This document shows, one piece after another, positions 38,582-48,347 of a stretch of 64,000 bases of DNA. This DNA is from Deltaproteobacteria bacterium (GTDB lineage: Bacteria > Desulfobacterota > Binatia > UBA9968). How positions within the stretch are numbered: the first letter of the stretch is position 1; every line of letters begins with the position of its first letter. A model generated the notes under the pieces. The model was not told the DNA's origin. It ran no database searches and was given only the letters and a program-made list of their open reading frames with translations. The translations under genes were made by a program, and so were the position numbers. The DNA is taken from positions 14,348-78,347 of the forward strand of contig SHYW01000001.1 in the NCBI GenBank assembly GCA_009692615.1, in the 5' to 3' direction.

Positions 38582-39553
38582 TCAGCGCAGTTTGCGCCGC
38601 GCCTCGGCGAGAAACCCGTTTTCTTCGAGAGCGCGCACGAAGGCCGGGTTGTTGAGTTGGTTGATGTCGACCTGGGTGACTTTGGGATTGATCTTGGCGA
38701 CGATGCGCTGGACGATTTTCCAGGCGGCGGGATCGGGCATGAGTTCGATGGTCGCCATCTGGGTCAGCACTTTGTAGGAGGCTTCGGCGTCTTCGAGGCG
38801 CGGGAAACGAAAACTCTTGCGCAGGATCTCCGTAACGTCGGTTTTGGCTGCGGGGTCGTGGATCAGCAGGACGCTGTCGATCAGGCCCTTGAGCAAGCGC
38901 GTGATGGTGTCCGGCGAACTCGACGGCGTGTCGCGCAGAAAGCAAATGGTCGTGCCTTGATAGGGTATCGGTAGTTTGCCGATATCGGCGAGAACATTGG
39001 CGTCGACGCCGCCGTTGCCGAGGGCCTGGGTGACCGTGGCGGTGTCGCCGAGGATGCGCATTTTTAAATCGTACTTGTCCGCATCGATACCGAGAAAATC
39101 CAAAGCGATCATGGTCTGCAACCAAAAGCCGCCGCCGATGCTTTGCACGCCGAAGGTTTTGCCGCGCAACTCTTCCAGCGTGCGGATTTCTTTTCTTGCG
39201 ATTAGCTCCCGGGGAATCTTCTGCACCGGTGAGGCGACGCATTGCAATCGCATACCGCCGGCCGCGGCGCTGAGCGCGTTGGCCGGCGAGCCGTAGTTGT
39301 ATTGCACTTGGCCAGACGAGAGCGTCGCCATACTGAGCGAGCCGTTGCGCAGTTGCACGAGGCGAACGTCAAGGCCGTATTTTCTAAACGTGCCTCTCTC
39401 AATGCCGACCCACATGGGCCCGACGGTTTCGTTTTGGCCGGCGTAGGCGACGAGTGTCGGGCTCGGGGTTTGAGCATTCGCTACGCTTACGCCCGCCGTC
39501 TAGGCGATCATGACCGCGTTTAACGCTAAACGGATTTGCCGCTTCTGCTGCAT
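38582..39553 (-). pseudogene. NMT1/SsuA-family ABC substrate-binding protein with in-frame TAG inside the signal peptide
   Basis: ORF 38582..39415 starts at MWVGIERGTFRKYGLD, which aligns to the internal MPWIAxEAGLFxKYDLD of its paralogs. Manual upstream translation gives MQQKRQIRLALNAVMIA*TAGVSVANAQTPSPTLVAYAGQNETVGP-MWVG, with the TAG at 39500..39502 (minus strand) and ATG at 39553. Confidence 0.65.
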
Positions 39554-39731
39554 GGCGCGACCCTCTCGCGATGGGCAATGGGAACCGATTTCTGCCAGTA
39601 TACTGAAAAAGCCTGTAGGAGTCCTTCGACGAAGCTTAGGACGAACGGAGGGGATTTAAAATCATTGAAGATTTTCCGTTCATGCTGTGGCTCTCGAAGC
39701 ATTCCGAAACTTTTTTCAGCAATTTGCTAAA

Positions 39732-40742
39732 TCATTGCCAGAGCCGTTTGAAAAAACCGCTTTTCTCCAACTCGTCGACGTAACGGTTGTCGTAATAAGC
39801 TGTCAGTGGAGTCTTTTGCGCTGCCTGGCCATCGATCAACTTCAGACCGACGAGTTGCTCGGCGAGATCCTTGAAAACCTCAGGCGGCACGCGCGGGTCT
39901 TTGGCGAAGGCGTCGATGCCGGCCTGATAGCTTTCTTCGAGCATGATGGTGCGGCTAATTTTAGTGTACTTGCCGAGCACCTTGACGGCCAAGGCTTTAT
40001 CGTCGTGAATCTTCTTCAAGCCGTCGTACACCGCGGCGATGAAACGTTTGACCACATCGGCGTTCTTGTCGGCGTAGCCGCGCCGCGCGACGATGCCTTG
40101 TTCGATGAAACGGATATTCATGTCGCGGATCTGTTTGATGCTCACCAGCTCGCGAAAACCTTTTTCGCGCAGGACGACGCTTTGCGGCGCCGGAATCATG
40201 GCGCCGGCGATGGCGTTGGTGCTGAGCGCGGTCATGGACTCCGGATAGCCGCCGGTTTGCACGATGACGGCGTCGCTAACATTGGACCGGTCCAAGATCG
40301 CCTTCGCGGTGAAATGGGACACCGAGCCGAAGCGGGTTACGCCGACGGGCTTGCCGGACAATTGCCCGATTTGGGTAATCGACGGCTGGACGTAGAGCGG
40401 CACGCTGAAGGATTTCACCAACGCGGCGACTTGGATGACGTCGCCGCCCTTGAGCACGTTGGAAATCACCGCCGGACCCGCCATACCGGCGAGATCGGCT
40501 TCGCCGGCGAGCATCGACTGCACGATCATCGACGACGCTCCGGCGAATATCGGATCGACTTCCAAGCCATGCTTCTCGAACAGCCTCGCTTCATAGGCCA
40601 CTAGAAAAGGCAGGCTGTGATAGGAAATCGGTGAGTAGGGAAATTTAATCTTGTCGAGGGCGAACGTAGAGCCCGCGAAAATTAGCAGCGAAGCCAGTAA
40701 TGTCAGGGAGCGTAGCAAATTTTTCATTGATATTAACCTCAA
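39732..40742 (-). CDS. ABC transporter substrate-binding protein (NMT1/THI5-like)
   Basis: Intact 336 aa with signal peptide (MKNLLRSLTLLASLLIFAGSTFA). Same family as 22035, 38582 and 51304. Confidence 0.8.
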   Translation of the reverse strand: MRLISMKNLLRSLTLLASLLIFAGSTFALDKIKFPYSPISYHSLPFLVAYEARLFEKHGLEVDPIFAGASSMIVQSMLAGEADLAGMAGPAVISNVLKGGDVIQVAALVKSFSVPLYVQPSITQIGQLSGKPVGVTRFGSVSHFTAKAILDRSNVSDAVIVQTGGYPESMTALSTNAIAGAMIPAPQSVVLREKGFRELVSIKQIRDMNIRFIEQGIVARRGYADKNADVVKRFIAAVYDGLKKIHDDKALAVKVLGKYTKISRTIMLEESYQAGIDAFAKDPRVPPEVFKDLAEQLVGLKLIDGQAAQKTPLTAYYDNRYVDELEKSGFFKRLWQ

Positions 40743-40835
40743 GAAGAACCCCTCGATAAGGAGTGACGGCCTACTCGGGGAACCGGAAAGAATTAATCCG
40801 ATTTCCCGAGTAGCGCGCAGCGCGTAGCGAGGGAT

Positions 40836-41864
40836 TCAGATTTTGTAAAAGCGCCGAGCGTTGTCGCCCAGGATCGCCGCTTTGTGTTCGTCCTTCAAAT
40901 CTTTGCGCACGACGATCTCGTCGATTTCTTCCAAGCAGTTGTCCAGCGAAATCTCGTGGGGAAAATCCGAGGCGAACATGAAAGGCTCGGGGCCGACGCG
41001 CTCGATGGCGTAGGCTAGCGCTTTCTCGTTACCTTCGCAGCTGCAAAATAATTTGCCGCTGGAAAAATATTCCACCGGTTTGCGTTTGATTCTTAGCCCG
41101 CCGTATTCCTGTTCTCGGGAGAGACGGTCGAGCACCATCGGTATCCAGCAGGTACCGCCTTCCAAGAAGCCGACCCGCAGGTCGGGAAATTCATCGAGCA
41201 CGCCGTCGACGATCATGCCCGTGGCGGCGATGGCCAGCGGCACCGGCATACCGAGGGCGCGGGTGGCGGGGAAGACTGTATAGGAATTGAAACCGAGATC
41301 GCCGTAACAGCCGCCGTGGACGGCGAGGGCGCAATCGAGCTTGGCGGCTTCTTCATAAACCGGCCAGAAATGTTTGGCGCTCAAGTGCGGGTTGAGTCCG
41401 TTGGACGGCAGCATGGCGGCAACCATGCCGAGATCTTTGACGGCGCGGCGTAATTCTAATACCGCGGCGGAAACATCTTGCAGGGGAATCAAGGCGATGC
41501 CTTTGAGGCGGGAATTGTATTTCAAATATTTCGCCGCGAGCCAGTCGTTATACGCTTTCGCATAAGCGATCGCCCATGGGGTAAAAACCACTTGGCCATA
41601 GGCGAGACCTTCGGTGGGGAAAAGCGCGCTAAATTCCAAACCCATCTTGTCGAGAAACTGCACCCACTTCTCCGGGCCGACGCTGGGATCGAAGGTTCCC
41701 GGTTTGCGCTCTTCCAAGCGCGGTGTGTGAAAGCGGTCGAGACTCGGCAAGACGCGCCGCGGATTCATATGACCGGTGGTTTTAAACGGCTCGCCGACCA
41801 GCCGGATGATCTCGTCGGTGTTCTCCATCACGTGGCCGTCGCAATCGACATACTTGTGCGCCAT
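40836..41864 (-). CDS. Amidohydrolase family protein (amidohydrolase_2)
   Basis: MAHKYVDCDGHV start (metal-binding HxH equivalent) and ASDFPHE near the C-terminus. Paralog of 37271..38434. Confidence 0.8.
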   Translation of the reverse strand: MAHKYVDCDGHVMENTDEIIRLVGEPFKTTGHMNPRRVLPSLDRFHTPRLEERKPGTFDPSVGPEKWVQFLDKMGLEFSALFPTEGLAYGQVVFTPWAIAYAKAYNDWLAAKYLKYNSRLKGIALIPLQDVSAAVLELRRAVKDLGMVAAMLPSNGLNPHLSAKHFWPVYEEAAKLDCALAVHGGCYGDLGFNSYTVFPATRALGMPVPLAIAATGMIVDGVLDEFPDLRVGFLEGGTCWIPMVLDRLSREQEYGGLRIKRKPVEYFSSGKLFCSCEGNEKALAYAIERVGPEPFMFASDFPHEISLDNCLEEIDEIVVRKDLKDEHKAAILGDNARRFYKI

Positions 41865-42128
41865 GGTTCTGCCTCCCAATGCTTTGCATTTCCTCCTGCA
41901 TAGTGAAGCTTGGGGTCGGCTGTCAACAGCTGATCGGAATTGCTGTAAAAATTATTTCGCAGTAGACGCATCGGATGATTAGCCGCAAAGAGCGCAAACC
42001 GCACAAAAAAGGAATCGGAATCGTAGGAACAAGGCGTGCCTTGCCCCTGTGGCGGTGGTGGAATGTTCGTCCAGATTTGCTTGCGAAGACAAAAACCTTT
42101 GCGTAGGATCGACGCGGTTGGAGTTGTC

Positions 42129-42932
42129 TGCATGGGATCGCTTAGCGGTATCATAATTTTTGCATTGGCGCTTATGACGGCGGCGATTTCGATGAGTGCT
42201 AATTCGAAGCAACCGGAGGACATGGTGCGCGTGGCCGGCGGGGCTTTTTTGATGGGCAGCAAAGATGGAGCAGAAGATGAACGGCCGCAGCATTCAGTCG
42301 ATGTCGCGGCTTTTTTCATCGATCGTACCAAGGTTACCAATTCCCAGTTCGCCGAGTTTCTCAATGACATCGGTCCCAAGGGAGCCAAGGGAGAAAATTA
42401 TTTCGATGTCGAGGACAACGACGCCCGTGTGCATCGGCGCGATGGCACGTGGCAAGCGGACGTTGGTTTTGAAAATAATCCCGTCGTCGAAGCGTCTTGG
42501 CATGGCGCGCTGACGTTTTGTCGTTGGCGCGGCAAACGTTTGCCCAGCGAAGCTGAATGGGAGAAGGCGGCGCGCGGCACCGATGGGCGAAAATATCCCT
42601 GGGGCAACGAACCGCCGGATGGGACGCGGGCGCATTTCAACGGCGGCTGGAACGATTTTCGTCCGGTGGGAAGTTTTCCCAAGGGGGTCAGTCCCTACGG
42701 CATCCTCGATGGCGCGGGCAATGGCTGGGAGTGGGTGAGTAGCGCCTATCTGCCGTATCCTTACAGATCGAATGACGGCCGCGAAGATCTCAGCCGCGAG
42801 CAGGTGCGCGTCACCCGCGGCGGCGGTCAAGATGGGCGCGCCGACGAATTGACCACGACTCATCGCGGGCGCCATGTGTCGCGCAACCCGCGCGGCGGCC
42901 ATCATAACATCAGTTTTCGCTGCGCCGGCTGA
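42129..42932 (+). CDS. Formylglycine-generating enzyme (FGE-sulfatase/SUMF1) family protein, secreted or membrane-anchored
   Basis: N-terminal hydrophobic segment then MVRVAGGAFLMGS...RPQHSVDVAAFFIDRTKVTNSQFAEF...GKRLPSEAEWEKAARGTDGRKYPWG... = PF03781 pattern. No DinB_2 domain, so not EgtB. Confidence 0.8.
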   Translation, partial: CMGSLSGIIIFALALMTAAISMSANSKQPEDMVRVAGGAFLMGSKDGAEDERPQHSVDVAAFFIDRTKVTNSQFAEFLNDIGPKGAKGENYFDVEDNDARVHRRDGTWQADVGFENNPVVEASWHGALTFCRWRGKRLPSEAEWEKAARGTDGRKYPWGNEPPDGTRAHFNGGWNDFRPVGSFPKGVSPYGILDGAGNGWEWVSSAYLPYPYRSNDGREDLSREQVRVTRGGGQDGRADELTTTHRGRHVSRNPRGGHHNISFRCAG

Positions 42933-42945
42933 ACCTTCATCCACC

Positions 42946-43590
42946 ATGTCAGTCTATCTCGTCATTAAAGGTATCCTCATCGGTTTCGTCGTCGCCGTGC
43001 CAGTGGGACCGTTGGGTATTCTGTGCATCAACCGCGCGCTTGGCACGGGCGCGCTGTGCGGATTGTTGTCGGGACTCGGTGTGGCCACGGCGGACGCCTT
43101 GGCTGCGGGGATCGCCGCGCTAGGAATTTCGTTGGTGTCAGGCATCTTGAGCGATTATCAAATTCCCTTGCGCGTCGTCGGCGGAATTTTTCTCTGCTAC
43201 TTGGGCTGGCAGACTTATTGGACGGAGCCTAAAGCGCAAGCCGCGTCGGGCCAAGTCAGCGGCCTGTTGAACGCCTATGCGACGACTTTTTTTTTGACCA
43301 TCTCCAATCCGGTAACGATACTTTCATTCATCGCGATTTACGCCGGTTTGCATGTGCCGAGCTTGCACGGCCGCTATTTCGCTGCCACGGCGCTTGCCTG
43401 CGGCGTGTTTGTCGGCTCGGCTTCCTGGTGGGTCGCGATGTTCGTGACGATGACCGTCTGCCGCAGTAAGTTCGACTTGCGCTTGGTTCATTGGGTGCAT
43501 CGCATCTCCGGTGTCCTGATCGGCGGTTTCGGCATCGCGATTCTGCTCAGTTTGACGCCGCTGAAAGCCATGATCGGCATTGAGTTCTAA
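42946..43590 (+). CDS. LysE/RhtB family amino-acid exporter
   Basis: ~214 aa, six TM segments, LysE-type N-terminal motif (GILIGFVVAVPVGPLGILCI). Confidence 0.7.
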   Translation: MSVYLVIKGILIGFVVAVPVGPLGILCINRALGTGALCGLLSGLGVATADALAAGIAALGISLVSGILSDYQIPLRVVGGIFLCYLGWQTYWTEPKAQAASGQVSGLLNAYATTFFLTISNPVTILSFIAIYAGLHVPSLHGRYFAATALACGVFVGSASWWVAMFVTMTVCRSKFDLRLVHWVHRISGVLIGGFGIAILLSLTPLKAMIGIEF

Positions 43591-44563
43591 CATGGCCAAC
43601 CCGCAAGATTCGTCAGTGCGCCACGATGGCGCGGTTCCTTCAGCGGTCAACTGCGTGTTGGCGGGCTCTTATCTTCTCGTCAATGTTTATCAGTTTGTCG
43701 TTTTGCCGCTTTGGCTACTGCCGAGTGCGCGTCCCTGGGGTTGGACGCTACTGCCATTCGCGCTGCTCAATAATCCGTTCTGGAGTCTGCTGCACGAGGC
43801 GATACACGATCTGCTCCATGCGAACCGGCGCGTGAACGGCGTCATCGGCCGCGGCCTGGCGATTTTGTTCGGCTCGCCGTTTCGCATTCTGCGCCTAAGC
43901 CATCTGTTGCATCATAAATTGAATCGCCTGCCAGTGGAGGGAACGGAATATTACGATCGTGACAAAAGTACCAAAGCCGCGGCGGCGCCGGGATATTTTT
44001 TTCAGATTTTAATTGGGCTGTATTTAGTCGAGGTGGTGAGCCCGATGTTGTTTCTGCTGCCGCGCGCTTGGTTGCAATGGTTCAAAGCGCGCTATATGCC
44101 GCCGCAAAGCGTCAGCGCTATCTTGATGCAGAACTGGCTTGGCGCCGAAGCGCTGCGCGAGATTCGCGTGGATGGATTGCTAACGTTGACCTGGCTGTCG
44201 TTATCGTTTTGGCTTTACGGCGAAAACTGGCCGATGCTTCTAGCGCTGTTATTGGCGCGCGGCTTTTTGATTTCTTTTCTCGATAACGTTTATCACTACG
44301 CGACGCCGGTGAGCGATATATTCTACGCCAAAAATCTGTGTTTGCCGGCGCCGTTGAGCAAACTGTTGCTTAATTTCAATCTGCACGGCATCCATCACAT
44401 CAACCCGGCGATCTCGTGGATTCATTTGCCGAAAGCGTTCGCGGTGCAAGCGGGCAAGGTTCAAGGCGGCTATTTCGCCGCCGCGCTCAGCCAATTCGGC
44501 GGCCCCATCGCGCTGCAGGACTTGCCTCAGAGCGGTGTGGCACTGAGCTTGCGCGCGGAATGA
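43580..44563 (+). CDS. Fatty acid desaturase family protein
   Basis: Three His boxes (HEAIHDLLH, HLLHHKLN, HGIHH) with a membrane-desaturase TM pattern. Confidence 0.8.
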   Translation: MSSNMANPQDSSVRHDGAVPSAVNCVLAGSYLLVNVYQFVVLPLWLLPSARPWGWTLLPFALLNNPFWSLLHEAIHDLLHANRRVNGVIGRGLAILFGSPFRILRLSHLLHHKLNRLPVEGTEYYDRDKSTKAAAAPGYFFQILIGLYLVEVVSPMLFLLPRAWLQWFKARYMPPQSVSAILMQNWLGAEALREIRVDGLLTLTWLSLSFWLYGENWPMLLALLLARGFLISFLDNVYHYATPVSDIFYAKNLCLPAPLSKLLLNFNLHGIHHINPAISWIHLPKAFAVQAGKVQGGYFAAALSQFGGPIALQDLPQSGVALSLRAE

Positions 44564-44618
44564 TATGGGTGGGACGGGCGCAGCATGCCGCGCCCCTACG
44601 GGACATTCTAAATTCGGC

Positions 44619-45647
44619 TCAGTTTTGTTTGCGAAACAGCAGGACGGAAAACCATTGGTTGGGATCGGTGAAGTGGGCCACCGGCGCTAGGCCGAAGAAA
44701 CCCAACTGTTCTTGCAAGCGGTTGGGATCGAACTTGCGGCTGATCTCGACGAGGATATTTTCGTTTTCCTGCCATTCGAAATTCGCACCGCTATCGGCGA
44801 AGCGAATTCGTTGGCGGGCGGTGGCGACACCGTGCATTTCAATTTGCCGCCACTCGGGATTGAACCACGAGTCGTAGCGCATTCGTTCGACATCGAAGTT
44901 ACCGGCCATGCGCCGGTTGATGTTTTGAAAGACGTTTAAGATAAACTTGGCGGTGATGCCTCGGCTGTCGTTGTAGGCGGCTTCCAGGAGTTTCGGATCT
45001 TTGACGCGATCGGCGCCGAGCAGCAAATAATCGTTGGGCCCCATGGCCGCCGACAGGGCGCGAAAAAAGCGCGGGAAGTCGGTGAGATTGAAGTTGCCGA
45101 TGGTGCTGCCGAGAAAGACGAATAGGGTCGGCAGGTTTTTATCGATGGCGCCGAAGCCTGCTTCGTAGCGTGAGTGAATGCCGTGAAATTCGATTTGCGG
45201 AAAATCTTTTTGCACAGCGCTTTGCGATGCGAGCAGACCGGCGGCGCTGACATCGATGGGGGCAAAGATGCAATGGCGCCGTTGCGCCAGTTGCTCGGTG
45301 AGCAAATGGACGGTTTTCTTGCTGTAGCCGGCGCCGAGCTCGACGATGCATTCAACCGGCGCGCTGGCGATGATGTCTTTGGCGCGGGCTTCGAGGATGC
45401 TATTCTCCGTGCGGGTCAGATAATATTCCGGTAACTCGCAGATCTCTTCGAACAGTTCCGAGCCGGTGTCGTCATAAAGATGATAAGCTTCGAGCCAGCG
45501 CGGCTGATCCCAAAGGGTCGTCAAGATCGACATCGTCGGTGCGCCGTCGAGATCGGCGCCGGCTAACGACCAGATGCCGGGATGGTGCGAAAGCCAATGG
45601 AGTCGTTGCTCGGTGGCGAAAATACGTGGCGGTGTCGGTTGTTTCAT
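44619..45647 (-). CDS. egtD: L-histidine N-alpha-methyltransferase EgtD family (Methyltransf_33)
   Basis: LPEYYLTRTENSILEA, ECIVELGAGYSKKTVHLL (SAM site), FVFLGSTIGNF, YLLLGADRVKD, VEISRKF all match EgtD blocks. Likely start MKQPTPPRIF. Confidence 0.75.
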   Translation of the reverse strand: MKQPTPPRIFATEQRLHWLSHHPGIWSLAGADLDGAPTMSILTTLWDQPRWLEAYHLYDDTGSELFEEICELPEYYLTRTENSILEARAKDIIASAPVECIVELGAGYSKKTVHLLTEQLAQRRHCIFAPIDVSAAGLLASQSAVQKDFPQIEFHGIHSRYEAGFGAIDKNLPTLFVFLGSTIGNFNLTDFPRFFRALSAAMGPNDYLLLGADRVKDPKLLEAAYNDSRGITAKFILNVFQNINRRMAGNFDVERMRYDSWFNPEWRQIEMHGVATARQRIRFADSGANFEWQENENILVEISRKFDPNRLQEQLGFFGLAPVAHFTDPNQWFSVLLFRKQN

Positions 45648-45702
45648 GGACGGGGAGACTATAAAAGAAATTGACCAACGATGCGACCCCGAGCGAGCTT
45701 CA

Positions 45703-46470
45703 ATGTCTAATCCATCGAGCACGATAAAATTTCACGACGTCAATTTCGTACTGCCCGGCGGTAAGAAGCTGCTGGCCAATCTCAATCTCGACGTCGGCGC
45801 CGGCGAGACCTTGGTGTTACTCGGCCGTAGCGGCTCGGGCAAGACCACGACGATGAAACTGATCAATCGGTTGATCGATCCGACCTCGGGACGGCTGGAA
45901 GTTGAAGGCAAAGCGACAGTCGACTGGGATCCGATCCAACTGCGCCGGCGCATCGGCTACGTGATCCAAGAGATCGGTTTGTTTCCCCATCTGACCATCG
46001 AACAGAATATCGGCGTGGTGCCACGCTTGGAAGGCTGGGCCGCTGAACGCATTCAACTGCGTGCGCGCGAACTTTTAAATCTAGTTGGCCTAAACGCTGA
46101 CAGTTTTGCCGGCCGCTTTCCCAGGGAACTATCCGGCGGCCAGCGCCAACGAGTCGGCGTGGCGCGGGCGCTGGCCGCCGATCCGCCGGTGATTTTGCTC
46201 GACGAACCGTTCGGCGCCCTCGATCCAATCACCCGCCGCGAGATTCAACGGGAGTTCAAAAATCTCCAGCAGGAACTCGGCAAGACCATGGTTTTCGTCA
46301 CCCATGATATCGCCGAAGCGTTCGTGCTGGCCAATCGCATCGCCCTGCTCAAGGACGGCGAAATGATTTTACTTGGGCCGCCCGCCGAGTTGCTCGAATC
46401 GAACCATCCCGAGGCGCGCGCCTTCGCCGAGTGCTTTCACGACGGCCAGAATATAGCGAGGCCGGCGTGA
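45703..46470 (+). CDS. Glycine betaine/quaternary-amine type ABC transporter ATP-binding protein (OpuCA/EgtV-like, no CBS domain)
   Basis: Walker A GRSGSGKTT, signature LSGGQRQRVGVARAL, Walker B LLDEPFGALD. Divergent from egtD. Confidence 0.85.
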   Translation: MSNPSSTIKFHDVNFVLPGGKKLLANLNLDVGAGETLVLLGRSGSGKTTTMKLINRLIDPTSGRLEVEGKATVDWDPIQLRRRIGYVIQEIGLFPHLTIEQNIGVVPRLEGWAAERIQLRARELLNLVGLNADSFAGRFPRELSGGQRQRVGVARALAADPPVILLDEPFGALDPITRREIQREFKNLQQELGKTMVFVTHDIAEAFVLANRIALLKDGEMILLGPPAELLESNHPEARAFAECFHDGQNIARPA

Positions 46471-48026
46471 CCCTGCTGGAATTTTTCACGCACAATCGTG
46501 GCGAGTTGGGCGAGCTGATCTTAGAACATTTGTTTCTGGTCATCGTTTCCACCAGCATCGCGATCCTGATCGGCGTGCCCCTCGGGATTCTCTTGACCCG
46601 CAAACCGGGGCTCAGCAAACCGGTGTTGGGCTTCGCCAACATCATGCAGACGGTGCCGAGTCTGGCGCTGTTCGGTTTTTTGATCCCGCTCAATTTCTAT
46701 TTCTTCGGGGTCAAGATTGTCGGCGGCATCGGCGCCCACACCGCGATCGTCGCTTTGGTGCTCTATTCGCTGTTGCCGATCATTCGCAATACCTTTACCG
46801 GCATCAACAACGTCGATCCGGCGATCCGCGAAGCCGGGCGCGGCATGGGCATGACCGATCGCCAACTGCTCTTTCAAGTGGAATTGCCTTTGGCTCTCGG
46901 CGTGATCATCGCCGGCGTGCGCGTCGCCACGGTGATCTGCGTCGGCACGGCGACCATCGCCGCCGCCATCGACGCCGGGGGATTGGGGCGCTACATCTTT
47001 CGCGGTTTGCGCGCCAACGACAATGTCTTGATCCTCGCCGGCGCGCTGCCCGCCGCGCTGATTGCCTTGGCGGCGGATTTACTTTTGGGTTATGTCGAGC
47101 GGGCGATTCAGCTAAGCGGCGCGATCAGAATCAATACTCGCAAACTGGTTTGGTCGGCTGCGGCGCTTGGCTGCGGGGTTCTGGTCGCGAGCTATTTTCT
47201 CATTGGCAAGAGCGGCGCGCGCATCGCGGTGGGTTCTAAGGATTTCACCGAGCAGGTGATTCTCGGCGAGATTCTCGCCCAGGCGATCGAAGCGACAACC
47301 GGCGCCCAGGTGGTGCGCCGCTTCGATCTTGGCGGCAACTTGGCGCATGAAGCGATGATCGCCGGCGAGATCGATCTTTACGCCGAATACACCGGCACGG
47401 GTCTGCTGGCGATACTCAAAGAGAAGCCCATCGCCGATCCCCAGGAAGTTTATCGGCGTGTTCAGGGCGAGTATGCCAAGCGGTTCAACTTCGTTTGGAC
47501 CGAGCCCTTGGGTTTCAACAATACCTTCGCGATTTTGGTGCGCGGCGAGGACGCGCGCAAGTTCAATCTCAAAACCGTCAGCGATGCGGCGAAGGTGTCG
47601 GCGCAATGGCGCGCCGGCTTCGGCCAAGATTTCATGTCCCGCGCCGACGGTTATCCGGGTTTTTCCAAAGCCTACGGTTTTCACTTCGAAGAAACCCGCG
47701 AGATGGATCTGTCGCTCACCTATCGCGCCTTGGCGGAAAAACAGGTCGATCTGATCGCGGGCAATTCCACCGACGGTTTGATCGCGCGTTACGGATTGTT
47801 TCAACTGGCCGACGACCGCAAATACTTTCCACCCTATGACGCCGTGCCGGTGGTGCGCCAAGCGACGCTAGAAAAATATCCCGCGCTGCGTGAAGTGTTG
47901 AAGCGGCTCGGCGCGATTCTCACCGTCGACGAAATGCGCAAGCTCAATTACGCCGTGGACGGCGAAAAGCGCCAAGCTAAAGAAGTCGCGCGGGAGTTCT
48001 TGCTGAGCAAAGGTCTTCTGCGTTAA
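46467..48026 (+). CDS. ABC transporter permease fused to OpuAC-type (PF04069) substrate-binding domain (OpuCB/OpuCC fusion, EgtU-like architecture)
   Basis: N-terminal BPD-transporter permease with EAA-like loop (AIREAGRGMGMTDRQLLFQVELP). C-terminal SBD (GSKDFTEQVILGEILAQ...). The GTG start at ~46467 overlaps the ATPase stop (GTGA). Confidence 0.85.
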   Translation: MTLLEFFTHNRGELGELILEHLFLVIVSTSIAILIGVPLGILLTRKPGLSKPVLGFANIMQTVPSLALFGFLIPLNFYFFGVKIVGGIGAHTAIVALVLYSLLPIIRNTFTGINNVDPAIREAGRGMGMTDRQLLFQVELPLALGVIIAGVRVATVICVGTATIAAAIDAGGLGRYIFRGLRANDNVLILAGALPAALIALAADLLLGYVERAIQLSGAIRINTRKLVWSAAALGCGVLVASYFLIGKSGARIAVGSKDFTEQVILGEILAQAIEATTGAQVVRRFDLGGNLAHEAMIAGEIDLYAEYTGTGLLAILKEKPIADPQEVYRRVQGEYAKRFNFVWTEPLGFNNTFAILVRGEDARKFNLKTVSDAAKVSAQWRAGFGQDFMSRADGYPGFSKAYGFHFEETREMDLSLTYRALAEKQVDLIAGNSTDGLIARYGLFQLADDRKYFPPYDAVPVVRQATLEKYPALREVLKRLGAILTVDEMRKLNYAVDGEKRQAKEVAREFLLSKGLLR

Positions 48027-48041
48027 GGGTGGGGTGCCCGG

Positions 48042-48347
48042 TCAGGCTGCGCGTTTTCGTTTTGGGCGTGGGGTAAAATGAATGGCGATACCAACGGCAT
48101 CCAAAATAGCCGCAAGTGATGAAAACTTTGGATTACCTTTTTCAGATAGCACGCGGTAAAGATTCTCGCGATTGAGCGCGGTTAGCTTCGAAAGTGCTCG
48201 AACTCCTCCTCCAGCTTCAACGACGTTACGAAGCCCGACAAAGAACACTTCTTCGGAGTCGTGGTAACAAGCATTAAGATATTCCGCGGCTTCATTGGGA
48301 TCGCGGAGCTGTTTGAGTAGTTCACTTTGATAGCTTCTTGTCGGCAT
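48042..48347 (-). CDS. Putative addiction module antidote protein (HigA-like, TIGR02684-type HTH)
   Basis: DPNEAAEYLNACYHDSEE...GGVRALSKLTALNRENLYRVLSEKGNPKFSSLAAILDAVG matches the family consensus. Lies downstream of and overlapping the killer gene. Confidence 0.7.
   Translation of the reverse strand: MPTRSYQSELLKQLRDPNEAAEYLNACYHDSEEVFFVGLRNVVEAGGGVRALSKLTALNRENLYRVLSEKGNPKFSSLAAILDAVGIAIHFTPRPKRKRAA

Noticed and set aside
42129-42932. FGE-sulfatase protein as EgtB partner of the nearby EgtD-like gene
   Set aside because: It lacks the N-terminal DinB_2 iron-binding domain of EgtB and has a secretion/TM signal. It is separated from egtD by two unrelated genes on the opposite strand.
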